The notes beneath the pieces are model-generated. The model was not told the DNA's origin. It saw only the letters and a program-made list of their open reading frames with translations, and searched no databases. The position numbers and the translations under genes are program-made. From positions 18,627-82,626 of the forward strand of contig DAXK01000048.1 in the NCBI GenBank assembly GCA_002506365.1: DNA of 64,000 nucleotides, written 5' to 3'. The DNA comes from an archaeon UBA583. GTDB lineage: Archaea > Nanobdellota > Nanobdellia > Woesearchaeales > UBA583. This document shows positions 11,059 through 20,610 of this stretch, piece by piece (the first letter of the stretch is position 1; every line of letters begins with the position of its first letter).

Positions 11059-11190
11059 AATAATTTTTCTTTTAGAAAAATTATATTTTATTTATTTTTA
11101 ATTCTTTAACAAAATAGAAATTTTGACAAAGTCAAAATTGTAATTTATGCTCAAAAAAATAGAAAAAATTTGTTTCACAAATTTTTATAT

Positions 11191-12534
11191 TTAAATAATT
11201 CCTTGAGCAATCATAGCATCAGCAACCTTAATAAAACCACCAATATTTGCCCCTTTAACATAATTCACATAATCTTCTTCTTTTCCATACTTTACACAAA
11301 TTTCATGGATATCTTTCATAATATTTTCTAACTTTTCTAAAACTTCTTTCTCACTCCAAGACAATCTAATTGAATTTTGAGCCATCTCTAAACCAGACAC
11401 AGCAACTCCACCTGCATTGGACGCTTTCCCAGGTGCAAACAAAATTTTATGCTTAATAAATTCATCAACCGCAGATTTAGTTGATGGCATATTTGCACCC
11501 TCACCAATAACTCTAACACCATTTGAAATCAAACTCTTCGCATCATCTAAATCAAGTTCATTTTGTGTAGCACAAGGCATAGCAATATCTGCTTTAATTT
11601 CCCAAGGTCTAGAACCTGCTAAATATTCAACTCCATAAAATTCATCTGCATATTCAGAAATTCTCCCTCTCTTCTCATTTTTCAACTTTTTAATATATTC
11701 TAATTTCTCTAGATCAATTCCATCTTTATCATAAACAGTTCCACCTGAATCAGACATTGACAAAACTTTAGCACCTTTTTTAATTAATAATTCAGTTGCA
11801 AACTGAGCAACATTTCCAGACCCTGAAACAAGCACAGACTTACCATTATAATCTTCATCAATAGTTTTTAACATATTTTCAACAAAAAAAACTAAACCAT
11901 AACCAGTAGCCTCAGGTCTAATTTTACTTCCACCATGATGTAAATGTTTCCCAGTTAAAGTTCCAGTAAACTCATTTCGAAGGCGCTTATATTGTCCAAA
12001 TAAATACCCTATCTCACGACCACCAACACCAATATCTCCAGCAGGCACATCTAAATTAGATCCAATATGACGACTCAACTCAGTCATAAAAGATTGACAA
12101 AATTTCATAATCTCATTATCAGATTTCCCCTTAGGGTCAAAATCTGAACCACCCTTTCCACCACCAAGCGGCAAATTCGTTAAAGAATTTTTAAACACTT
12201 GTTCAAACGCTAAAAACTTTAAAATACTTAAATTAACCGATGGATGAAATCGAAGTCCACCTTTATATGGTCCAATAGCAGAATTCATCTGAACTCTAAA
12301 TCCACGATTAATTTGAATTTCTCCATTATCATCAAGCCACGGAACTCTAAACATAATAACTCTCTCAGGCTCAACCATTCTCTCCATAATTTTTTCATCT
12401 AAATACCTTGGATTTTCTTCTAAAAATGGATAAATTGAATCTACAACTTCTTCAACAGCTTGTAAAAATTCACTCTCATGTGAATTTTTTAATCTTACTT
12501 GTTCCATAAATTTCTCAACATTTTTTTGTGTCAT
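11191..12534 (-). CDS. gdhA: NADP-specific glutamate dehydrogenase
   Basis: GPYKGGLRFHP, GGGKGGSDFDP, DVPAGDIGVG, RPEATGYG, GSGNVAQ, GKASNAGGV. Confidence 0.97.
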   Translation of the reverse strand: MTQKNVEKFMEQVRLKNSHESEFLQAVEEVVDSIYPFLEENPRYLDEKIMERMVEPERVIMFRVPWLDDNGEIQINRGFRVQMNSAIGPYKGGLRFHPSVNLSILKFLAFEQVFKNSLTNLPLGGGKGGSDFDPKGKSDNEIMKFCQSFMTELSRHIGSNLDVPAGDIGVGGREIGYLFGQYKRLRNEFTGTLTGKHLHHGGSKIRPEATGYGLVFFVENMLKTIDEDYNGKSVLVSGSGNVAQFATELLIKKGAKVLSMSDSGGTVYDKDGIDLEKLEYIKKLKNEKRGRISEYADEFYGVEYLAGSRPWEIKADIAMPCATQNELDLDDAKSLISNGVRVIGEGANMPSTKSAVDEFIKHKILFAPGKASNAGGVAVSGLEMAQNSIRLSWSEKEVLEKLENIMKDIHEICVKYGKEEDYVNYVKGANIGGFIKVADAMIAQGII

Positions 12535-12680
12535 AAAATCCTTATAAATTTTAAACTATATAAATAAATCTTAATTATGAAATTAAACTAAACAATTTCA
12601 CAAAATAACTAACGAAATTAATAAACAAAAAATCACACAATAAAACAAAATTATAAATATAAATAAATTTAAAATTTAAT

Positions 12681-13565
12681 ATGGAAAAAGTAAATCAAAG
12701 AAAAAAATTAAATTATACAATTCATAATTTTAAAACATCTGATAATATTACATTAAATGGAATTTTAAATCAATCTAAATCAAAGCAAAACAACTCAACA
12801 ATTATATTACATATTCACGGTATGTGTTCAGATTTATTATCAAATGTTGGACAACTAGTATCAGAAACAGCAAATAAAAATAAATTCTCCTCATTTATAA
12901 TTAATACGAGAGGACATGGAATTGTATCAAGTTTTAAACAAACAAATAAAGATGGAACTAAATCCTATCATACAGGTGGAACAGCTTATGAAATTTTTGA
13001 AGATTCACAAATTGATATTCAAGCAGGAATTGATTATCTAAAAACTTTAGGATATAATAAAATTATTTTATCTGGACACTCAACAGGGTGTCAAAAAATA
13101 ATAAATTATCAATTAAATAACCTAAAAACAAAAACTGTAAAAGCATTAATTTTACTAGCTCCAGGAGATGACTTAAATGTTGAAAAAAGAGATAACTCAG
13201 AATTTCAAAAAACTTTAAAATTATCAAAAGAAAAATTCAATTCAAAAGCACTTTTCGCAACACACGACTTTGGATTACTATCTGCGAAAAGATTTTATAA
13301 TTTATTTAAAAAAACATCAATAGAATCAAATCTATTTAATTATACAAAAAATCTTGAATACTTAAAACAAATTAAAATTCCAATTTTAAGCTTAATTGGA
13401 GACGAAGATCCATATTTCTTAGATGTTCAAAAAGCAACAATTAATATCAAAAATAATCTAAAAAATCGAAAATCAAATTCAATATTAACAAAAGGAAATC
13501 ATAGTTACTATGGTGCTGAAGTTGAATGTGCTAGACATATAATTGATTTTTTAAACAAATTATAA
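12681..13565 (+). CDS. Alpha/beta hydrolase (DUF1749-like)
   Basis: HIHG oxyanion motif, nucleophile GHSTGCQ, Asp in GDEDP, His in GNHSY. Confidence 0.8.
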   Translation: MEKVNQRKKLNYTIHNFKTSDNITLNGILNQSKSKQNNSTIILHIHGMCSDLLSNVGQLVSETANKNKFSSFIINTRGHGIVSSFKQTNKDGTKSYHTGGTAYEIFEDSQIDIQAGIDYLKTLGYNKIILSGHSTGCQKIINYQLNNLKTKTVKALILLAPGDDLNVEKRDNSEFQKTLKLSKEKFNSKALFATHDFGLLSAKRFYNLFKKTSIESNLFNYTKNLEYLKQIKIPILSLIGDEDPYFLDVQKATINIKNNLKNRKSNSILTKGNHSYYGAEVECARHIIDFLNKL

Positions 13566-13631
13566 TTATTTTATAATTTATTTTTTCAAAAATTACAAAT
13601 TATTATAAATAATAAAATTCAGTTTAATTTT

Positions 13632-14000
13632 ATGACTGATGAGAAATCTGCTTGGATGAAATGGAATCATACTAAAAAAAGAAAAAAATTAACTGATACT
13701 TTAGAAATTACAAATAATTTATTTTTTGAAAAACTATCTATTCCTGAAATTGCTAAAAAAAGACATTTTAAACTACAAACTATTGAATATCAAATAATTG
13801 AATTAATTACTTTAGGATATATTTATTTAGGAGATGTTGTTGAAGATAGTTTAGCTCATCAAATTTTAGATACATTTGAACACCAAGTTCCAGAATCACT
13901 AAAAGAAATTAAAGAAAAACTTCCTGAGGATATAACTTACTTTCAAATTAAATGTGTATTAGCATCAATTAATAATCAACCAGATAGTATTCATGATTAA
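13632..14000 (+). CDS. Helix-turn-helix protein (RecQ C-terminal/YpbB-like HTH)
   Basis: SIPEIAKKRHFKLQTIEYQI...LKEIKEKLPEDITYFQIK matches this HTH pattern. Confidence 0.7.
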   Translation: MTDEKSAWMKWNHTKKRKKLTDTLEITNNLFFEKLSIPEIAKKRHFKLQTIEYQIIELITLGYIYLGDVVEDSLAHQILDTFEHQVPESLKEIKEKLPEDITYFQIKCVLASINNQPDSIHD

Positions 14001-14110
14001 TATTAATATTGCTTAATTATTTTCCACCAATTTATTTACTAAAATTTAATATTAAATTTTAAATAATAAAAATCTTTATAATAACTCAAATTATATTTAA
14101 TTTAATTACA

Positions 14111-15085
14111 ATGGATACAAATGATAAATTATATAGTTCTAAATTCAAAACTGCTGATATAAAATTGGGTTATGGATGTAATGATAAATGTGTTCATTGC
14201 GTTGTTGAAAAACTTCGAGATATCGCAATACAAAATAAACATCTTGATTTAAAAACTGATGAATATCTAAAAGAAATTGATAAAGTTATCTCGGACGGAA
14301 TTAAAAGAATAGTTGTAACGGGTGGAGAACCTACAATAAGAAAAGATTTTCCTATAATTATTGATTATATTAACAGTTTTGGAATTGAAATATTTCTACA
14401 AACAAATGGTAGATTTTTATCTAACTCAAACTTAATTGATAAAATAAAAAATAAAATTAATACATATATTATCGCACTACACGGACCAAATGAAACAATT
14501 CACGACATTGTAACACAAAGCTCAAATTCATTTAATCAAACTGTTCAAGGAATTAAAAATGTTGTTAAAATCGGTGGGAATGTTTGCGGGAAAACAGTAA
14601 TCTCAAAATTAAATTATAAAACATTATTACAAACATGTAAATTATATAACAAACTTGGAGTTAAAGAAATTTATATTGCATACCCTCATTCTTCTGGCGA
14701 AATTGATTATTTAAAAAAAATAGCTCCAACCTATACTCAAATAAAACCATATATAGAACAATGTTTAACTTGGGCAATTGAAAATAATATTAATTTAAAA
14801 TTAGAAAGTATTCTTCCATGTAATTTAGATAAAGAATTTCCAATTAAATATTACTATGATTTCACAGAATTTCTAGCTCAAAAAAAATATAAAATGCTTG
14901 ATGAAAATTATGGGTCTTGGGAAGAATTTACTAAAATGGACAAAAAAAAAGATTTTTCAAAATGTCAAAAATGTGTATTCAACAATTTCTGTAATGGTAT
15001 TTGGCACGAATATACAAACCTTTATGGATTTGAACAAATAAGACCTATAACTAAAATTCACGACAAATCAAATCTTAAATTCTAA
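14111..15085 (+). CDS. Radical SAM protein, His-Xaa-Ser system HxsC-like maturase
   Basis: CNDKCVHC (CxxxCxxC), TGGEPT, QTNG, LHG...HD, C-terminal CQKC...C auxiliary cluster; directly upstream of a His-rich peptide. Confidence 0.8.
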   Translation: MDTNDKLYSSKFKTADIKLGYGCNDKCVHCVVEKLRDIAIQNKHLDLKTDEYLKEIDKVISDGIKRIVVTGGEPTIRKDFPIIIDYINSFGIEIFLQTNGRFLSNSNLIDKIKNKINTYIIALHGPNETIHDIVTQSSNSFNQTVQGIKNVVKIGGNVCGKTVISKLNYKTLLQTCKLYNKLGVKEIYIAYPHSSGEIDYLKKIAPTYTQIKPYIEQCLTWAIENNINLKLESILPCNLDKEFPIKYYYDFTEFLAQKKYKMLDENYGSWEEFTKMDKKKDFSKCQKCVFNNFCNGIWHEYTNLYGFEQIRPITKIHDKSNLKF

Positions 15086-15130
15086 AATAAAATAACAAAA
15101 ATATATAAATAAAATAATTATAATTTTTTT

Positions 15131-15439
15131 ATGAAAAAGGAACTTCCTAAAATTAAAAAATCGTTAAAATCATTTATTATCGAGGAAGATGCAAAAGTTA
15201 TGGATAAAACTGCAACTAAAGTAGCATTAGCTGTAACATTTGCAAGTTTAACATTTCTAGACTCAGTAGATGATGTAAACGCAAAAGGACATAGTAATCA
15301 CTATCACAAAAATAACTTATTAACTGAAGATTTTAAAACTGTTCAAGATCAAAGTGGAGAAGATTTTGAAGTAACTGAAGTTACACACACAAACGGATAC
15401 ACACACCAAAATAGTAAGCGTAGTTGGTATAAATTATAA
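15131..15439 (+). CDS. Putative RiPP precursor peptide (HxsA-like, His-Xaa-Asn repeats)
   Basis: Basic leader, hydrophobic segment, core with H54SN, H59KN, H86TN, H92QN; own TATA box 15102-15109; flanked by two radical SAM genes and hxsD. Confidence 0.75.
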   Translation: MKKELPKIKKSLKSFIIEEDAKVMDKTATKVALAVTFASLTFLDSVDDVNAKGHSNHYHKNNLLTEDFKTVQDQSGEDFEVTEVTHTNGYTHQNSKRSWYKL

Positions 15440-15456
15440 AATTTATATCTATTTTT

Positions 15457-16635
15457 TTATTTTTTAAATTTATAATACAAATTAACTTTTTGATTTAAAG
15501 TATAATAAAATTCAAAACTTAAAGTAACTAATTCCTTATCATCATATTTATCTAACTTAATTTCTAACTCTGAAAAAATTTTATCATTTTCAAATTTATT
15601 TAATTCTAAAGATATATCAATTCTTTTAGCAATAATTTTATTATTTTTAATCTTAAAATCTAATAAAACTCCACGCAAACTTTCACTAAAACTATAATTA
15701 ATTATCTTATTATATTTTGATTTAAACTCATCTGGTATATCTGACACAAAATCATCAATTTCATATATTTTAATTTTTTCCTTTTGATGATAAACTTTAA
15801 TTTTAAAATTATTTTCTTCATCAAAATCAATTCCAATCCCCCAAATTTTATCACTAAGTTCAGGTTTTATATTTAAAATATCTACACATACTTTTAATTC
15901 ATTTTCACTATATTCATCACAACTAAAATATAATGTTTTACGAATACTTTTATCTTTCATCTCAGCAAAACTAATCCCAACTTTAGAACTTAATTGAAGA
16001 CATTTTTCAATTTCTAAAAACTTCTTACTTCCAAAAATACTTTGTAAATAATTATCAAATACTTTTGAATTTTTCATTTTATACAAATAACAAACAAATC
16101 TATCATTATTACTTTCTTGACTTTTACCTAAATAAGAATCAACAAAAATAAAAGATGACTTAACTAAAAAATCATTATTTTTAATTAACTCTAATAATTC
16201 AAAAGACATATCTTTAACTTTACAACTTTTAAAATTTTCAATTTTAGAAATCTCCTTACTTGAATTAAACTCAAAATAATCTTCTCCTAAAAACTCAGTT
16301 TCCCCAAATTTTTTTTTATAATTTAAACATTCAAAATCACAATTTAAAATATCAACAAACTTCCAATACTTTAAACACATATGAGATTTTAAAAAAAAAG
16401 AATAAATAATACTTTCTGGAAAATTTTTAAATATTATTTTTTTAATAATTTTTTTATCAATTAAACTATATAAATATTTTTTTTGAATTTCAAAAAATTT
16501 AGAAATAGGCACACCTAAATTATACTCTTTAAAATCAAACTCAAATTCTCCATTACATAAATTAGAATTATAAATGATATCAAAACTTAACTGATTATCT
16601 AACTTAAACTCTAATTTAAATGTATTATTATTCAT
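15457..16635 (-). CDS. Hypothetical protein in RiPP cluster; possible ABBA-fold (LynF/PagF-like) prenyltransferase
   Basis: Overlaps the hxsD stop; five apparent beta-hairpins separated by helices, GIDF...KIKVY, terminal KVNLYY. Confidence 0.4.
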   Translation of the reverse strand: MNNNTFKLEFKLDNQLSFDIIYNSNLCNGEFEFDFKEYNLGVPISKFFEIQKKYLYSLIDKKIIKKIIFKNFPESIIYSFFLKSHMCLKYWKFVDILNCDFECLNYKKKFGETEFLGEDYFEFNSSKEISKIENFKSCKVKDMSFELLELIKNNDFLVKSSFIFVDSYLGKSQESNNDRFVCYLYKMKNSKVFDNYLQSIFGSKKFLEIEKCLQLSSKVGISFAEMKDKSIRKTLYFSCDEYSENELKVCVDILNIKPELSDKIWGIGIDFDEENNFKIKVYHQKEKIKIYEIDDFVSDIPDEFKSKYNKIINYSFSESLRGVLLDFKIKNNKIIAKRIDISLELNKFENDKIFSELEIKLDKYDDKELVTLSFEFYYTLNQKVNLYYKFKK

Positions 16636-16963
16636 TGTTTGAATTTGAAACTCCTTGACTTAAAATTGCTTTTTCTAAAATTAATTGTCTAATCTCTGAT
16701 GTATTTTTCATTTGATCTAAATAAGAACTAGACTCAATTAATTCATCAAAAAATCCATAAACTGCATCATTTAAATTATTCTCTTTATTATCTTCATCTT
16801 TAAACTTTAAAGATACAATCCAATTTTTATCATCACAATCAATTAAAAAATAAAACTTATCTAACAATACATAAGTAGTTTGAACAACAACTTGTTTAGA
16901 ATAAATTTCTTTATTAATTTTAATTATAGCTTCATTATCAACAATTTCAAAATTTGACTTCAT
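16628..16963 (-). CDS. hxsD: His-Xaa-Ser system protein HxsD-like
   Basis: INKEIYS...YVLLDKFYFLID...FFDELI...TSEIRQLILEKA pattern; ATG 16963 supported by TATA spacing; divergent from hxsB. Confidence 0.75.
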   Translation of the reverse strand: MKSNFEIVDNEAIIKINKEIYSKQVVVQTTYVLLDKFYFLIDCDDKNWIVSLKFKDEDNKENNLNDAVYGFFDELIESSSYLDQMKNTSEIRQLILEKAILSQGVSNSNNE

Positions 16964-16984
16964 AATAATTACTAGCAACAAAAC

Positions 16985-16992
16985 TTTATAAA
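16985..16992. promoter_or_regulatory. Palindromic TATA box TTTATAAA shared by divergent hxsD and hxsB
   Basis: Edges lie 22 nt from both start codons (16963 and 17014). Confidence 0.65.
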
Positions 16993-17013
16993 CTTTAACC
17001 ACTAAAATTTCTT

Positions 17014-18444
17014 ATGGAAAATACATTTTGTAAAAAAGAAGGAATCGATTATATTCAAAACTTTTATAGATTCACTCTTTTTGACAAAAAAAAAATGATG
17101 TATCTAATTACTCTTGATGATGGAAACTTTTTATTTATTAATCAATCAATTTTTAAACAAATAAAACGAGGAAAAATAATTGATGAAAAAACTTACAATG
17201 ATTTATTATTAAAAGGAATTTTAATTACTCCTCAAAACATTTCAAAAGTAATTTCACAAACAAAAAATAAATACTCTTTTCTAACTCATGGAACTTCACT
17301 TCACATTGTAATTCCGACATTTAGATGTAATCAAGGTTGTAGTTACTGTTTTGCTTCACCAAAAGCAATTGATGATATTGAAAATGGGAATGACCTAGAT
17401 GAAAAAACTTCTAAAAAAATCATTGAATTTATTTTAAATTCTCCAAGTAAATCAATAACTATAGAATTTACTGGTGGTGAAGCTATGGCTAATTATGAAC
17501 AAATTAAAGTTATGGCATTACATGCAAAACAACTAAACAAAACAAAACAAAAAAAATTAACTTTAACAATAATTACAAACTTAACTATGGTTAATGATGA
17601 AATGATTGATTGGTTAATTGATCACGACATATCTATCTGCACATCATTAGATGGTCCAGAACACGTCCACGATAAAAATAGATATATTCAAATAAAATCA
17701 GGAAAACAAATTGGAACACATAAAACAGTTACAACTTGGATTAACAAAATTAATGAAAAATATAAACAACGTGGATTAAATGAGCAAATTGGTTCTCTTC
17801 CAACAATTACAAAATACTCTCTTCCATACTATAAAGAAATTTTAGATGAACACTTTAAATATAATTTAGATACAGTTGATATTAGAACATTAACATCTGT
17901 TGGTAAAGCAAATGAAGAAGACGATATAACATACTCAACAAAAGAATTTACACAATTTTATGTTAACTGTATTAACTATATTGAAGAACTAGAAAAAAAA
18001 TCAGGTAAAAAATATTTTGAAAGATTAAAAGAATTATACCACACTAAAATTATAAAAAATATGCCTGGTTACCATGCAGACTTTGAAAGTCCTTGTGGTG
18101 CTACAACTGGACAAATAACTTATCATTCTGATGGAAAGATTTATACTTGTCATGAAGGACTAGGACGGGAAGAATTTCAAGTTGGAGATGTTTTCAAAGA
18201 TAAATGGGAAGATTTATTTCAAAAACCTCAAACACAAAAAGCAATATTAAATTCAATGATTGAACAGAATGTTAAATGTGATAGGTGCGCATATAAACCA
18301 TATTGTGGGACTTGTATGGTGGAAAATTTTTATCATTTTGATAAATTTAATTTTTATCCAACAAAAACTCAAAGACACCATATCACAATTATGCAAAGTA
18401 ATGATATATTTGGAAAAATTTACAATAAATTAAATTTAAAATAA
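17014..18444 (+). CDS. hxsB: Radical SAM/SPASM maturase HxsB-like
   Basis: TSLHIVIPTFRCNQGCSYC, IEFTGGE, ICTSLDGPEHVHDKNR, SPASM cysteines CGA...YTC...CDRCAYKPYCGTC; N-terminal extension consistent with an RRE. Confidence 0.88.
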   Translation: MENTFCKKEGIDYIQNFYRFTLFDKKKMMYLITLDDGNFLFINQSIFKQIKRGKIIDEKTYNDLLLKGILITPQNISKVISQTKNKYSFLTHGTSLHIVIPTFRCNQGCSYCFASPKAIDDIENGNDLDEKTSKKIIEFILNSPSKSITIEFTGGEAMANYEQIKVMALHAKQLNKTKQKKLTLTIITNLTMVNDEMIDWLIDHDISICTSLDGPEHVHDKNRYIQIKSGKQIGTHKTVTTWINKINEKYKQRGLNEQIGSLPTITKYSLPYYKEILDEHFKYNLDTVDIRTLTSVGKANEEDDITYSTKEFTQFYVNCINYIEELEKKSGKKYFERLKELYHTKIIKNMPGYHADFESPCGATTGQITYHSDGKIYTCHEGLGREEFQVGDVFKDKWEDLFQKPQTQKAILNSMIEQNVKCDRCAYKPYCGTCMVENFYHFDKFNFYPTKTQRHHITIMQSNDIFGKIYNKLNLK

Positions 18445-18495
18445 TTATTATTTAATAATAAATTAAAATTATATAATTAATATAACTTTTAAAAA

Positions 18496-19752
18496 CTATA
18501 ATGGTTTCATTAAACCAATTTTTTCCATATTTTTCCACCTAATATTTTCCATAGTATGATAAAACTTAGATGAGGGGAACTGTTTAAATCCTAATCCTAA
18601 ACCTTGAGTATCCTTCCCAGTTAAAACAAAATCAATATGTGCTTTAATTGGTGTAGTAGGTTTTTTTAATCTATTTCCATCTTGAAATTTATTTAATTTA
18701 TTAACACTTGAACTAAAAGGTAAATGTCCAAAATTATTTTTAGCTCCAGCATAAATAACTAAATCTACTAATTCTTGTTTAATTAATGGTTTACACATTA
18801 CTGAACTATATTTTTCATCAATAAAATCTCCAATTAATTCATCAGCCCCTCCAGTTACAGGTCTTGCTGAAATTTTATCTAATGTATCAACTGTATCAAC
18901 TAACGCTGCTCCAATCATTGCTGAATAAGCTGCCTTTGGACCTTGTGGCAAAAATAATCTCCCAACTGTTGAAATCATCGCATCATCACAACAACCAAAC
19001 TCATTCTCTCTTTTAATATATAAACAAAATTGATTATCAATATTTCGTCTATAATCACTTTCCAAACTATGAAATTTTTCTAAAACTCCATATTTATATA
19101 ATAATTCTTCTAAATCTTCACCAACTCCCTTTGATGATAATTTTGAAAGTTTTAATCCTTCCAAATCTCTAACTGCATCATAATTTGCAACATGACAATT
19201 CCCACCACCAATATTAATTTTTTTCCCATTAATGTCTCTATATAATTTGGAAACTCTTTGTCTATTTTCAAACTTATCAACTTGAGAAAAAATATAAGCT
19301 CCTTTCAAAAAAGCTTCCTCATCATAAATTACTGCATCTCTAAAATTATTTAATTCAAATGGAGTATCTAAAGTAGGTAAATTAATCATTCTAAGATATT
19401 CACCATGTTTAGAACCTAATAACGAACTTCTTTTATCTTTTTTACCTGTAACAATATCACAAACTTCCCCTAATAATCCCTTAGTTCCTTCAATATGGGA
19501 ACTTACATATTCTCTAACTGACCGCCCTTTATCTTCAAGAGGGTGTAATAAATCTAGAATTGTTGTTTCTGGGTATGCATTACCTCCATGTATATGTCCA
19601 TTATTTATTCTTCCAAGTTGAGATAAATAACTAATTGGTTCTATAATTCTAGCATAATTATTTGTGTCTAAATTAGACTGATTAAACCTTGTCACAGGAA
19701 TAACTTTATTTGTTGGGATAACTCCTTCAATCATTTTAATTTGTTCAAACAC
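18496..19752 (-). CDS. Conserved-looking hypothetical protein
   Basis: 418 aa, Gly/Ala-rich enzyme-like composition, motifs GHIHGG, GCCDDA, DTVDTLDK, GGADE; start uncertain (GTG). Confidence 0.55.
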   Translation of the reverse strand: MFEQIKMIEGVIPTNKVIPVTRFNQSNLDTNNYARIIEPISYLSQLGRINNGHIHGGNAYPETTILDLLHPLEDKGRSVREYVSSHIEGTKGLLGEVCDIVTGKKDKRSSLLGSKHGEYLRMINLPTLDTPFELNNFRDAVIYDEEAFLKGAYIFSQVDKFENRQRVSKLYRDINGKKINIGGGNCHVANYDAVRDLEGLKLSKLSSKGVGEDLEELLYKYGVLEKFHSLESDYRRNIDNQFCLYIKRENEFGCCDDAMISTVGRLFLPQGPKAAYSAMIGAALVDTVDTLDKISARPVTGGADELIGDFIDEKYSSVMCKPLIKQELVDLVIYAGAKNNFGHLPFSSSVNKLNKFQDGNRLKKPTTPIKAHIDFVLTGKDTQGLGLGFKQFPSSKFYHTMENIRWKNMEKIGLMKPL

Positions 19753-19924
19753 ACAATTGATTTGTTGTTTATACTCACTTATGGTTTTTAATACTTATAA
19801 GTCTTTCGCAAGTATTACTACTAATAGTTACAACACAAAATTTGTAAAATAGAATAATTTTCAATTTAAATTTATTTAATTAGAATTTGAAATAAGAAAA
19901 AATAATTGCTTATTTTTTAAAATA

Positions 19925-19996
19925 AGCGCCTGGCGCGAATTGAACACGCGACCTGCGGTTTACAAGACCGCCGCTCTACCCCTGAGCTACAGACGC
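19925..19996 (-). tRNA. tRNA-Thr (anticodon UGU), no intron, CCA not encoded
   Basis: GCGTCTG-TA-GCTC AGGGGTA GAGC-G-GCGGT CTTGTAA ACCGC-AGGTC-GCGTG TTCAATT CGCGC-CAGGCGC-T folds into a full cloverleaf; BRE/TATA upstream near 20026-20040. Confidence 0.97.
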
Positions 19997-20058
19997 ATTA
20001 GGTAAATATAATAAGTTATTATCCCTTTAAAAACTTTTCGATATATGTCTTAATAAAA

Positions 20059-20610
20059 TTATTTTAATTCTGCATACGCAATTGGCGTATTTTTAGCTGT
20101 ATCCCATAAAACAAAATATTTATGTTCATTTAAATCAACTTTATTTGGAATTTCATAACTTTGATCTCCAACAGTTCCAAGTAAGGAATTAGATAAATAT
20201 ATCACACTTCTTCCAGCAATATTTGTAGATAAAGCAGGTTTTAAATTATTAGTTTTAGTAACTTTAAAATTATTAAAAAATACAAACTTTTTTTCTTTTT
20301 TTAATTTAACTTCTAAATTTCCTTGGATAATAATATTATCATCTAAACTTTTAAAATCTCCAAAACTTTTATCTTCAACAACATATAATGATTTTAAATT
20401 TGAGTCATAATTTTCAACATAATTTTCTGGAACTACTTTATTAGATTCAATATTATAATTTACAATTCTAACTGTTGTAAAAACTAAAAATACTATAACC
20501 ATAAAAAGAATTGATAATCTAATAACCATTGTTTTTGCATCATATTCAATAATGTAATTTTCCAATTCTCTTTTTTCATGATTTTGATTTTTACGATGTT
20601 TAGATTTCAT
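20059..20610 (-). CDS. Membrane-anchored DM13-like domain protein
   Basis: One TM helix; C-terminal IYLS...GDQSYEIPNKVDLNEHKYFVLWD resembles DM13, with the usual WC replaced by WD. Confidence 0.55.
   Translation of the reverse strand: MKSKHRKNQNHEKRELENYIIEYDAKTMVIRLSILFMVIVFLVFTTVRIVNYNIESNKVVPENYVENYDSNLKSLYVVEDKSFGDFKSLDDNIIIQGNLEVKLKKEKKFVFFNNFKVTKTNNLKPALSTNIAGRSVIYLSNSLLGTVGDQSYEIPNKVDLNEHKYFVLWDTAKNTPIAYAELK

Noticed and set aside
19908..19927. Inverted repeat overlapping the tRNA-Thr 3' end as an att site
   Set aside because: No second copy of the tRNA end and no integrase seen in the window
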